Source: Octopus sinensis (lineage: Eukaryota). From it: 64,000 nucleotides of DNA. Of the stretch, positions 1 through 11,818 are shown piece by piece (within the stretch, counting starts at the first letter, position 1; the number at the start of each line of letters is the position of its first letter). The translations under genes were made by a program, and so were the position numbers. The notes under the pieces were generated by a model. The model did no database searches, had not been told where the DNA came from, and worked only from the letters and a program-made list of their open reading frames with translations. The DNA lies in NCBI RefSeq assembly GCF_006345805.1, contig NC_043019.1, positions 7,439,360-7,503,359 of the forward strand, written 5' to 3'.

Positions 1-284
1 ACATATACATACGCATGTACACACACATCGATATGCTTCTATTTGCACGTGGTTGTGTGTAAGTAGTTCTATATAATCATATCGGGGCAAATATTTATGT
101 CAGTGTCAAAACGTTATATAACCCTAACGGCATAGCCAAATATTTCCAACATCAAAGATTAACGCATGCGCGATCTCAGTTTTCTTTAATGCTCTTTTGG
201 ACATATTCATTCATAGTTCTTCATGCGTGAGTTTCTAAATACAAATCAGAATGTAAAGTTAAATTTATGTATATATAAATGTCG

Positions 285-328
<44 letters not shown>

Positions 329-477
329 GCAAACCTATATTCGTTATTACAGAAATTACACTAACCGGTTTCTTTAAGAATGAGACAGACAAACACACAC
401 ATATACATGCATATGTATATACATTCCTGTACATGAATATGTACGTATGCATATATATATATATATGCATGGGGATT

Positions 478-830
478 CTTTTCTTTTATCTTTTACTTGC
501 TTCAGCCATTTGGCTGCGGCCATGCTAGATCACCATCCTTAGTCGAACAAATCGACCCCAGGACTTATTCTTTGTAAGCCTAGTACTTATTCTATCGGTT
601 TCTTACGTAGAATCGCTATGTTACGTGTCAAGCAGTGGCGCACAAACAGGGAGACAAATACACACACATATAGATATATGCATATAGATATATTACACGA
701 CAGACTTCTTTCGGTTTTCCGCCTACCAAATCCACTCACAAGGCTTTTGCTCGCTCTGAGACTATAGTAGAAGACACTTGCCTAAAGTGCTATGCAGTGA
801 GGCTGAACCCAACACTATGTGGTTGAGAAG
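478..830 (-). mobile_element. SINE family B copy (tRNA-derived, internal microsatellite)
   Basis: Reverse complement of the family seen on + at 63417-63789 (…gaccccaggacttattctttgtaagcctagtacttattctatcgg…ccaaatccactcacaaggct…agtagaagacacttg). Confidence 0.85.
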
Positions 831-892
831 CATATAGATATATACATGCATAAGACTCACACACACATATTTATATATATATATATAATATA

Positions 893-1807
893 CACACAGA
901 CATGCAGGAAGTAAATAGACACCTTTAATTTTCAAAATTTAAGCATCTTAATGTTTTCAGCGGTGTAGAATTTACAACGTAATTATTATTCTTTTTCATT
1001 CCAGGTACCATTATAATAAACATTTGCTAAGAGTAACCATGTCACGCTCAAACAAAAGTCAGCAGAACTGTCAGATTTTCAAAGAGTTCGTATTGTTGGC
1101 CACACTGCGGCTGGTTTTAGCCAGCGAAAAATTGCCGAAAATCTACAGTGCAATTCAAAAGCCAAGGAAAATGAATCAAGATTCTCCTCCTGGCCGACCT
1201 GGGCCCGCGGAAAGGCAGCTTCACTGTTTCAAGAGAATTGTGGAAAACGAAACACGTTCGAAGGCTTCTGACATTGCTGCACTAGCTTGGGTATTATGGA
1301 CGAGCAGCTAGAAGAAAACCCCTCCTTCAACCAATTAATAGCACTTAAAGGAATAAATGGGCTAAGATGTCAGAAAAATACTTCCGGTGTATTCACACGA
1401 TAAGATAACGAAAGATGAGTTTATCTTCGTGGAAGATGGGGCTCCATGCAACACAGTGAAAAGGAATCAATAATGGCTGACTGAAAATGGGCTCAAAAAG
1501 CTTCCTTGGCCGAGCCAATCTCCTGACTTGAACCCAATTGAAAATCTTTGGCGCATACTAGATAGAGCTATACGAAAAACTAAATCTAAAGATGAATTGT
1601 TTTGATTGTTGCGTGAAAAGTGGGCAGAAATTCCACAAGAGACAATCACAAAGCTCACCAGTTCAATGCCAAAAAGAGTTTCTGAATTAAAAACTGCAAA
1701 GGGAATGTCAACTGAATACTATTACATTTGAATTGTTTGCTTTGCGTATTAAATAAAAAAGATTTGGGAAATTAAAGGTATCTATTTACTTCTTGGATGG
1801 ATGTGTG
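893..1807 (+). mobile_element. Tc1-family DNA transposon remnant (DD34E transposase pseudogene, internally deleted)
   Basis: Imperfect ~40-bp TIRs at 893-932 and 1768-1807 (core gaagtaaataga[c/t]acctttaattt). 1414-1722 translates FIFVEDGAPCNT…*WLTENGLKKLPWPSQSPDLNPIENLW…SMPKRV, with exactly 34 residues between D and E and 2 in-frame stops. N-terminal remnant with GRP motif at ~1039-1200. Confidence 0.92.
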
Positions 1808-1812
1808 CGTGC

Positions 1813-1846
<34 letters not shown>

Positions 1847-1987
1847 TTCTCATATAAGATAGGTGTACGTTTATACACAAAATAGAGGAGCCTAACAAGG
1901 ACACATTACATGCTAAATGGATCAGTCAAAGCCCAAATCACAGTTTTGAAGTGGATGGAAAACAAAAACATTTTCAATAGTTACCAT

Positions 1988-2053
1988 TTGTACCAAGGTT
2001 TCGAAAATTAATGAACAAATAGAATAATTTGTTATCCGTGTTCTCATCAGCCA
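1988..2053 (-). ncRNA. Type I hammerhead ribozyme motif (Penelope/retrozyme-like)
   Basis: Minus strand: tgg CTGATGA gaa-[aacaaat/atttgtt hairpin]-ttc GAAA CCTTGG TA caa. Core intact; stem I has one mismatch. Confidence 0.65.
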
Positions 2054-2449
2054 GGGCGCTAAAATTAATGTATAATTATGGGACAAATAGACAGCACATG
2101 TCTCCTCTTTATACATTATAATTTTTCAAATCCAGGGCGCGAATAAAAATATGTGTGCCAACCACTTGCGTGTATAAATGTACACTAATTTTATATAAAA
2201 ATATGTTGTCTATTGACTATTTTATGCATGCCAACCAATGGTAGAAAGTTTCTCTAACTTTCCTACCTTATATATATTTTCTTATTATGAATTTCGTAAT
2301 TTTGGAGAAAGTTGGCACGTATATTTTTATTCTTATAGCAATGCTGAATTAAACTGAGTGCCTCATACTTAATGATAAGAATATCAAATATTATTAAATC
2401 AATTTTATTCTTGGGTTTTGTCGTTTTGAGTATGTTTTGCTCCAACAAA

Positions 2450-2850
2450 TATACAGACAGTGAAGACACTCTACAGACGTGGTATGAGCAAACAGCAGAA
2501 GGGATTCACCGGATGAAAGTGAAGGAAGAAGAACAAATAAAAAACTCTGACGATTTAAAGTGGGAAATACGAAGGTTGTGGTCAGTGAAGAGAGTAGACG
2601 TGATAGCAATAGTAATTGGTGCAATTAGAAGTATCAGCACTCAACTACCAACATGGCTCAAAAAGATCGGTGCAAGTGTGAAGGTAGAACAGCTACAAAA
2701 ATCAACATTGCCCAGAACTTCAAGAATTCTGCAAAGAATTCTTGAAGCATGACCAGTAAACAAATGTCACCTTAGTCTGCTGGATGTGGACAGACGGCAC
2801 ATTCCATCATACACAACAAAATAAGCTGTGAGCTTCCATATAATAATAAT
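2450..2850 (+). mobile_element. 3' end of R4/Dong-like non-LTR retrotransposon (REL endonuclease C-terminus, 3' UTR, (TAA)n tail)
   Basis: WYEQ…KVKEEEQIKNSDDLKWEIRRLW…VIAIVIGAIRSI…LQKSTLPRTSRILQRIL* resembles REL-LINE C-termini. The PD-D segment appears deleted. taataataat tail at 2841-2850. Confidence 0.8.
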
Positions 2851-3000
2851 CTTTTTCAAATACATGGACAAGGCCTGAAATTGTGCCGGGAGTGGCAAGT
2901 CGATAACAACGACCCCAGTGTGTCACAGGTACTTAATTTATCGACTCTGAAAGTATGAGCGTCAAAGTCGATCCCTGCGGCATTTGATCTCAGAACGCAA
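2851..3000 (-). mobile_element. SINE family A fragment
   Basis: caaggcctgaaatt…gaccccagtg…ggtacttaatttatcgac…caaagtcga…tctcagaacg matches the reverse complement of family A. Confidence 0.75.
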
Positions 3001-3354
3001 AGACCGGCGTTCGAATGAGGCACATACACTGTTCTTTCACTCTTCTACAGGTCCTCGTCATTACAGTGCGGCTATACTGGGAGTTACGTTGCAAAGCTTA
3101 CTGGGACCCGTTCTGTGTATGTGGACGTACGTATACGTGTCCATATACACACATACACATCTGATTGAAGAGCATACATCCATACACAAATACATATATA
3201 TATATATGTGCATTAACACATACTTCAACTACACACACACATACATACATACATATGTGTATACATATGTATATATTTATATAAAGGCACATACATATTT
3301 ATCCCTTTATATTTCTCGCAGTAAATAAGGACATGTATATAAGTCAGTAGATTT

Positions 3355-3395
<41 letters not shown>

Positions 3396-4249
3396 CATAT
3401 TGGTATAAATACACATATAGACGTCATTACTCCTCCACTACATCCACCACACACACACACACACATATATACGCATTGATGCAGAGAAGAATTCTTTAGA
3501 ATCTTTTATATTGAATATAAAATGTATTGAAAAATAAAACCTCCGTTGTTTTCTATGTTTTCTATTGCGTATTGCCTGCTCTTCTTTCTATCGAATTTCC
3601 GAAGATATATATATATCTGCTACCTCGCAAAGAACCTGAGGGTACTTGTTTAAAGGACATTTTATTCAATATCGAGCTGCTAGGGATAGTAGAAGCAAAA
3701 GAGGCAGAAGCTTTAAATGTATCTGATTTGGGTGATCCGAAGCGGGGACTGTTGATGTTGTGTTTCTTACTCTCAATCCATTTCTTATTTACACAAATAT
3801 ATTCTCTTTCGAAAAAAAAAAGTCTCTCCTCCATCGACCATGCTTTCTATTCGAATCGATCGTCATCACTGTTCACATCATGATCATCACTATGAACATG
3901 ACTCCCTTCATCGTCATCATCATCGTTGTCATGATGTCATTATGTGGTTGCGATAATGATGATGATTGTGGTGATGATCATGATGATGATGGTAGTGGTG
4001 GTGGTTGAGCCGGGGTGTGGCAGATTGTGACTATGGTGGCGGTGATATTCTTGTTTATCGCGTTGGTGCTGTTGCTAGTACCGATGCAAGTTCTGGAATG
4101 GTCGACGGTGGACGTTTCCGAGGTGGCAGTGTTGATGACGAGGATGAGATGGCGTGGTTGGAGGAGGAGAAAGAGGACGAATAGGGTGAAGAGAAAAAGT
4201 GGTAGAAAAGGATGAGGAGGAAAAGGAATAAGAGGAGGGGAAAACCACA

Positions 4250-4962
4250 AACTACAGACCTATAACCTGTCTCTCTATAATTTACAAAGCCTTTACTGCA
4301 ATGATATCGCAGAGATTGTGCAAGCATCTGGAAGAAAATAACCTGTTTCCAGAAGAGCAAAAGGGATGCTGCAAGGACTCATACCGCTGCAAAGATCAAC
4401 AAACGATCAATAAAGTCGTAACTGAAGACAGCCGCAGAAAGAGGAAATGTCTCAGTATGGCCTGGATCGACTACCGAAAGGCTGTTGATTGCATTCACCA
4501 CATGTGGACCCTCAAAACACTAGCCATTAGCAAGGTAGCACCAAAAATTATAAAATACATAAGAGGCTCTATGAATAAATGTCAGACAGTGCTACTGCTC
4601 CAAACAAAAGGAGGACTCGTGAAAACCAAAGCCATCTCCATTAGAAGAGGAATATTCCAGGGAGAAACAATCTCTCCACTCCTTTTCTGCTTGGCACTGA
4701 CACCTTTATCTCACATGCTAAATAGAACTGGATGCGGATACAAATGTTACGGCAAAACAATCAGTATGAGTGACCTAAAACTATACGCGACAAATGACAA
4801 GCAGCTGGAAACACTACTACAGACAGTAAATGGATTTACCAAAGAAATAGATATGAAATTTGGATTAGAAAAATGTGCCAAAGCAACCCTGAAAAGAGGA
4901 AAACTAGCTAAGAATCGCAACATCACACTAGATAAAGCCAATGAAATAAAAGAATTAGACCA
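4250..4962 (+). mobile_element. Non-LTR reverse transcriptase fragment (R4/Dong-like), catalytically dead
   Basis: Open frame NYRPITCLSIIYK…EEQKGC…MAWIDYRKAVD…RRGIFQGETISPLLFCLAL…KTISMSDLKLYA…MKFGLEKCA. The YxDD region is reduced to MSD. Truncated at both ends. Confidence 0.92.
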
Positions 4963-5221
4963 TATGTGTGTGTGAGTGTGTATATGTGTGTGGTGTGTGT
5001 GTGTGAGTGTGTATATATTTATGGTGTGTGTGTGAGTGATTAATAATTAAAGAGGAGAATTTTATATCCACATTTATTCTGCATTCAATCAAGACTTTTC
5101 ATTTTTGCACCTGCTGATATTTCTGCCACATCACTGTGCGTATCATACACACACACACACACACAAATATGTTCTATATATGAATGTGTATTATACTTTG
5201 CGTTTCCCTTCCATTTTAAGC

Positions 5222-5359
5222 TAACAAATTGGCAAGACTTGACAAGGACATTTAAATTAATTTAGCTATATAATAAAGCTATAATAACCTTAATTATATA
5301 GCATTAATATATAGCTAAATTAAATTAAACGTCCTTGTCAAGCCTTGCCAAATTGGTTA
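5222..5359. repeat. ~138-bp near-perfect inverted repeat / hairpin
   Basis: taacaaattggcaagacttgacaaggacatttaaattaatttagctatata pairs with tatatagctaaattaaattaaacgtccttgtcaagccttgccaaattggtta, with a few mismatches and a small central loop. Confidence 0.9.
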
Positions 5360-5527
5360 CCCTTCCTTCCTGTTTTAACCTATCGACTCAAGAGGAAGCC
5401 ACTTCTAGCTGCTTTGTATGATAACTGCAGTTAAAACGGGAATTTTAGTGGCAAGCAATTTGAATACTCAGCGCACATTCTTCTTAGTTTGAGTCAGTCT
5501 GACGAAAACTTTTCGTATCTTTTATTC

Positions 5528-5557
<30 letters not shown>

Positions 5558-5558
<1 letters not shown>

Positions 5559-5836
5559 GAGGCGCAATGGCCCAGTGGTTAGGATCGTGGTTTTGTTTCC
5601 CAGACCGGGCGTTGTGAGTGTTTATTGAGCGAAAACACCTAAAGCTCCACGAGGCTCCGGCAGAGTGTGGTGGCGATCCCTGCTGTACTCTTTCACCACT
5701 CTTTCTCTCACTCTTTCTTCTGTTGGCCTGCTCCCTTAGCCAGCGGGGTGGCGTCATTTGAAGGCTAAAACAATGCAAAACGCATTGTGACCAGCGATGT
5801 GTAGCAACATCTGATAGCCTGGTAATCACGGTGATA
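5558..5836 (+). mobile_element. SINE family C copy (tRNA-derived head partly deleted)
   Basis: ggaggcgcaatggcccagtggttagg A-box-like head; body matches the reverse complement of 15448-15750; flanked by (TA)n. Confidence 0.88.
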
Positions 5837-5846
5837 TATATATATA

Positions 5847-6221
5847 CTCTTTAGTCTTTTACTTGTCTCAGTCATTTGACTGTGGCCATGCAGGAGCACC
5901 TCCTTTAGTCGAGCAAATCGACCCCAGGACTTATTCTTTGTAAGCCAAATATTTATTCTATTGGTGTCTTTTCCTGAACGGCTAAGTTACGAGGACATAA
6001 ACACACCAGCATCGGTTGTCAAGCGATGTTGGGGATACAAACTCAGACTCACAAACACACACATATACAGACATATACATATATACGACAGGCTTCTTTT
6101 CAGTTTCCGTCTACCAAATCTACTCAAAAGGTTTGGTCGGCCCGAGGCTATAGTAGAAGACACTTGCCCAAGGTGCCACGCAGTGGGACTGAACCCGGAA
6201 CCACACAGCCACCTCTGTACC
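5847..6221 (-). mobile_element. SINE family B copy
   Basis: Near full-length reverse complement of family B, with a deletion in the tRNA-like head. Confidence 0.88.
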
Positions 6222-6342
6222 TATATATATATATATATTGATAAAAACGGTAAGATAACAAAAGAAAGAAAGAAACGTCGATATTATGTAAATAGAGGAA
6301 TTTATCTGTAAATGTAATATTTGACAATTATTCGGTAGCCAA

Positions 6343-6403
6343 GATAAAACTCCGAGTTTCGGATGCCGAGGTGGAAATGCACGCCACCATCTCTTCAGTT
6401 ATC
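6343..6403 (-). ncRNA. Type I hammerhead ribozyme motif
   Basis: Minus strand: gataa CTGAAGA gatg-gtgg…ccac…catc c GAAA CTCGGAG TT ttatc. Perfect 5-bp stem I, intact core, paired stem II, CTC/GAG stem III. Confidence 0.8.
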
Positions 6404-7106
6404 CGGCCATCGGAAAAATGCTATGAAGAATGACCATTATACAAAGGGAAATTACTGTGTTATTGACCGCTATTAAGACAAAAGAGCTACTCGAATGACC
6501 GCTAAGACATATATAGACATACACATATTTATATACAGATAGTTAAAGCAATTCCATTTATTTTGTCTGGAAGCCCATCTACTTATTCAATTCCTACAAT
6601 CAAATGTAGCCACAGTTACTGCTGTATGTCAGACAAAACACGTATTAGAATTAAGAATAATGGTAATAGTATTTGCAGAATTATTGTATAGCAAAACAAG
6701 AAAAAGGTAAGTTTTTTTTTTTTTGTATTATTTATTCTCAATTATTTATGATTCGTTTGCGAAGAAAGAATTACTAAGATTTCTGTCTGACGAATCTCTC
6801 ATACGAAACTTCTCACGGGTCTACGCAACACGTAAATCCTTGTAATTCCTATTAGCAAACGAAATACGTGTAATGGAGAATAAATAACACCCAGAAAATT
6901 TCCACTTTCAAGTTCTATTTTATATATACATACACACACACACATATGCGTGTGGGTGTGCGTATATATGTAATTAAATATGTACATATATAAGTATGTG
7001 TTTATGTGTACATATATATTCATATATAAATATAGATAGATAGACTGATCAATACACACACACACATATGTATATATATATATATATATATACATACTTA
7101 CACACT

Positions 7107-7140
<34 letters not shown>

Positions 7141-7560
7141 CATACATATTTATACATCATGTATGATGACTATGGCCGCATATGTGACAGTGTTTTACAC
7201 ATGCCATGGCCTACTAAATAACTGTACATCTTTCATTTGAATATCAACTGTTCGACTCCATCCTCCTGGGGAACATAATATTCAATGCTGAGGCATTAAT
7301 AATAAATATTCTTCTAAAACAGAGACACATAAGATGGCATTATTTATTATAATGTCGCAGTCGATGGTGACAATCGTCTAAACTTCCCCCGTTAGTTGCT
7401 AGCTGGTGTCTAATTTGGGAAATATTATTTAGTATTAAATTTTACTTGGTATACATTTAAGTTGTTATTTCATTACTTAAGTATATGCATAAAGATCTGT
7501 ATAGGTGTGTGTATACCCTATACACTGACATGTGTATGCAGTAGATAGTATATTTGTGTA

Positions 7561-7591
<31 letters not shown>

Positions 7592-8249
7592 TTGTATGTG
7601 AGTGTGTGTTTGTTTGTCTTTGTATGTCAGTGTGTGTATGTGTGTGTGTGAATGTCGGTGTGTGTGTGTGAATGTGTGTGTATTTAGACTACTGTACAGT
7701 ATTCTGGTACCATATTCTCACCAAAATTAATTACCTATAGATAGATAGATAAACAGATACATACTTACGTAGGTAGATAAATGGAAAGATAGGTATATAG
7801 ATACGTAGGTAGGTAGGTAGACAAATGGAATGATAGATAGACAGACAGATAGAGATAGATAGATAGATATAGAGATAGATAGATAGATATATAGATAGAT
7901 AGATGAGAGAGAGAGAGTAAAGGAATAGTATTCACGAGACAATTTACTACGATCAAAGTGAATAAACAGCATAGTACAAGGGGTATCCCTCATATAAAAT
8001 TATGTATTTATATTTAGATATAGTTAAGAGATGCTCAGACTTATATTACTAGCATGGGAGCATATATAAGTTAGTTATAAGTAGTAATCATAAATATATC
8101 AGAAAAACGGCAAAATCAGGAAAGCAAATGTTCACAGATAAATGTCCGGAAAGTTTTTACTATGTCTGAACTAATTGCTAATAATGTGTGTGTGTGTGTG
8201 TGTGTGTAGGTACATAGTTGAATGGATAGATAGGTAGGTAAATAGATAC

Positions 8250-8292
<43 letters not shown>

Positions 8293-8518
8293 CACGTTAG
8301 AATTTCAACATCAACAACAGGATATTTTTGAATGTATGTATGTACGCAGTCACAAATATACACACATGAACACGCTCATATACACACACACATATATTTA
8401 TGCCTGTGGGTGTATTTGTGTATACATTGAATAATTCAGGTAACCACAAGCACCACGAGCTTCGTTGACGCGAATATTAGACCCTTGACAATATGTACAC
8501 GTAAAGGGGGCAGCCTGG

Positions 8519-9118
8519 TTTTTTGATAGGAAGTTTGCTTCCCAACCACAAGGTTCCAGTTTCGATCCCACTGCGTGGAACCTTAAACAGTTGCCTTCTT
8601 TCTACTGCCATCTACAAGAATCTGGCTCCACTTATTGGAAGGAACCTGAAAAGATACCGTTCTACCTGTGCGTGTGTCTGTGTTACTGTGTGTGCGTTGG
8701 TGTGTGTGTGTGTGTGTGTGTGTGTGCAAGAGTAAATAATAAAGAAGTACTAGGCTTTAAAACAATAAGAATTAATGTCGATTATTCCTACCAAAAACTT
8801 TCTAGGCGGTGCCCAAGTATGGCCGCAGACCAGTGAGAGAAGCGAATATAACATATATGTATATATATATATATACATATATATATTAATGTATTGCATG
8901 CGTGAATATTAATCAAGTACCAAGGCACCGTTGCTTTAAATAATGTCTTTGTGGAAATCAGACACACTTTGGTTTCTTTTAATAACAATTTTCAGTCTCG
9001 CCGTAAAATATATAAACCAGAGATAAATCTTATGATTTATTCACGAGTTATGTTCTGTCGCAGCGCGACTAAATTTATGTTTATTTCATGTATCGTGTAT
9101 GAGTTATATGCAGTCATA

Positions 9119-9151
<33 letters not shown>

Positions 9152-10068
9152 CATACACACACATATAAGTATGTATATATACCTGTATGCCAACACATTC
9201 TCGTGTATACATGTATCTAAATCTCTCCCTCTCTCTCTCTCTTTATATATATATATATATATATATATGCATACATATATATACATATATATACATACAT
9301 ACACACACACACACATATATATATATAAACGTATGCATATATAAATGAATGTAGAGACATGAAAATTATTTTTTGATAGGAAGTTTGCTTCCCAACCACA
9401 AGGTTCCAGTTTCGATCCCACTGCGTGGAACCTTAAACGTTGCCTTCTTTCTACTGCCATCTACAAGAATCTGGCTCCACTTATTGGAAGGAACCTGAAA
9501 AATACCGTTCTACCTCTGCGTGTGTCTGTGTACTGTGTGTGCGTTGGTGTGTGTGGTGTGGTGTGTGTGTGTGCAAGAGTAAATAATAAAGAAGTACTAG
9601 GCTTTAAAACAATAAGAATTAATGTCGATTATTCCTACCAAAAACTTTCTAGGCGGTGCCCAAGTATGGCTGCAGACCAGTGAGAGAAGCGAATATAACA
9701 TATATGTATATATATATATACATATATATATTAATGTATTGCATGCGTGAATATTATCAGTACCAAGGCACCGTTGCTTTAAATAATGTCTTTGTGGAAA
9801 TCAGACACACTTTTGTTTCTTTTAATAACAATTTTCAGTCTCGCCGTAAAATATAAACCAGAGATAAATCTTATGATTTATTCACGAGTTATGTTCTGTC
9901 GCAGCGCGACTAAATTTATGTTATTTCATGTATCGTGTATGAGTTATATGCAGTCATATATATGTGTGTATATATAATATATACATACACACACATATAT
10001 ATGTATATATACCTGTATGCCAACACATTCTCGTGTATACATGTATCTAAATCTCTCCCTCTCTCTCT

Positions 10069-10104
<36 letters not shown>

Positions 10105-10218
10105 ATATATATAGACATGCATACATATATATACATATATACATACATACACACACACACACTATATATATATATATAAACGTATGCATATATAAATGAA
10201 TGTAGACACATGAAAATT
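8519..10218. repeat. Direct tandem duplication, two ~850-bp units (8519-9368, 9369-10218)
   Basis: Both units start ttttttgataggaagtttgcttcccaacc and end gaatgtaga[g/c]acatgaaaatt. Each holds a degraded family B SINE, ~200 bp of unique sequence and microsatellites. Confidence 0.93.
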
Positions 10219-10325
10219 CATATATCCAAATATTTGTGTATATATAGGCGTACATGAGTATATGTACAAACATATGTATTATGTATATGCAGAAATATAT
10301 ACATATGTGTGTGTATGTATGTATA

Positions 10326-10385
<60 letters not shown>

Positions 10386-10415
10386 TGTGCATATATATGT
10401 ACATATATACGTTAC

Positions 10416-10627
10416 CTATTTGCATATAGCATCACGTGTTCGTCTGGTGTTCGCTGCAGAAGACCACTTTTAATTACTTCTGACTTCTTAATAGGTTGTA
10501 AATTCAGGAAAAAGTATATTTGTGTCCTTACTCTGTGGGTTAATGGAATGCCTACAGTGTTATTATCAGAAGCTATTGCCAACAATATGTAAGAGATAAT
10601 TAAAGTACTGGAAGATTGGCGGAACAT
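10416..10627 (-). CDS. Candidate exon encoding a TGF-beta/BMP prodomain-like segment
   Basis: MFRQSSSTLIISYILLAIASDNNTVGIPLTHRVRTQIYFFLNLQPIKKSEVIKSGLLQRTPDEHVMLYAN ends at a canonical donor AG|GTAACG (exon end 10416). YFFLNLQPIKKSEVIKSGLLQ aligns ungapped with recalled BMP2 RFFFNLSSIPTEEFITSAELQ, with NTV upstream. An alternative acceptor would start the exon at 10572. Confidence 0.35.
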
Positions 10628-11225
10628 CTCGTCCTATTATTCCGATATGTAATATTATACGTGATATATATTCATAGCATTCAGTTATACAGCTTCCAAC
10701 AAATGCACTCTGTCCGTGCTGAGACACGGCCATATGTAATTCGTAGCGTTTCTGTCTTTTTTCTATTATTATTATTGTTGTTGTTTTTATTGTTATCATT
10801 ATTGTTAATGACGTTGAAAATGTTTTCGAGGTTGTTTTTATTTTGAACAATAGGCAGAGATACATTTGTGTGGCTCTAAGTAAAATTACTGTTTGCTATA
10901 TCCTTATATATCTACCTACCAGTCTATATGTAAATGTGTGTATGTATGAAAATAATCATGTTTCTTTTCTGGAACGGTGTATCTCGAAGCAGATAAAGCT
11001 ATAAATGAGACGGTATAAATATCGGCTTCAAATTCTAGACTGGTACTTAATTTATCGACCCCGAAAAGGGGAAAGGTAAAGTGAACGTCAGTGGAATTTG
11101 AAAAGCATGTCATTATTGCGAATTAAAGGTTTTGGATAAACACACACAGAATTGCTGAAAATATACATATCTGTACTATGTGTGTGTATATACATATATA
11201 CATATATATATACATATATATATGT

Positions 11226-11268
<43 letters not shown>

Positions 11269-11278
11269 CATATATATG

Positions 11279-11818
11279 TGGTGGCTGCCCCCTCATTATC
11301 GAGTATGGCCATTGCACGAAGCTTAATCAATGTTGTTATCGTGCAATGCCTGTGCAAGAAGATTTTTTTAAAGTGAGGAAAGGCTGTGCACTGAGTCAAT
11401 CCCACTCACTAAGCAACAGCATCCGTAATCTGAAAAGGAGAACAAGTCAACACCATCAGTAATCACTGAGCCTCAGGTTTTATGTCGGAGTTATCCCAGT
11501 TACCTGAGTTACCTTCTCCTAGAAGGATGCCCTAACAATGGCTAGGAGTCCTTCACTTCCAATGGTTTAACCGCGCGATCGAGTATTCAGTCCGATTATT
11601 TCTATGTCTCTGCGCATGATACAGCCCTAAGACATTTATTGGATGGCCATTGACTCTCAAGAGTTCCTCCGCCTTTTGACGGGGTTTTTTTTCATCCCGC
11701 AGGGTGTCCAATAAACACCCTCCTCACCAAGTAAGCTTGGTGGGGTTGCCGACGACCCGACTATGCAACAGGTTGTAATGGGTTACATGTTACCAGTAGC
11801 ACTGAAAAGTGACCTAAG
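11279..11818 (-). mobile_element. RTE-derived non-autonomous retroelement (5'-UTR-like plus 3'-end-like parts)
   Basis: Minus strand contains ctagccattgttagggcatccttctaggagaaggtaactc, resembling RTE 5' UTRs, and hairpins caccaag-ctta-cttggtg and agggtgt…acaccct. GC-richer than its flanks and bounded by (TA)n. Confidence 0.55.

Noticed and set aside
3562-4250. Minus-strand ORFs and His/Asp-rich frames
   Set aside because: Frames are broken by stops, there are no convincing splice sites, and trinucleotide low complexity explains the composition.
6784-6814. CTGACGA…GAAAC hammerhead-like string
   Set aside because: Stems II and III do not pair.
7237-7313. Good minus-strand acceptor in phase with the 10416 donor
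   Set aside because: Reading frame stops after 22 codons with no prodomain motif.
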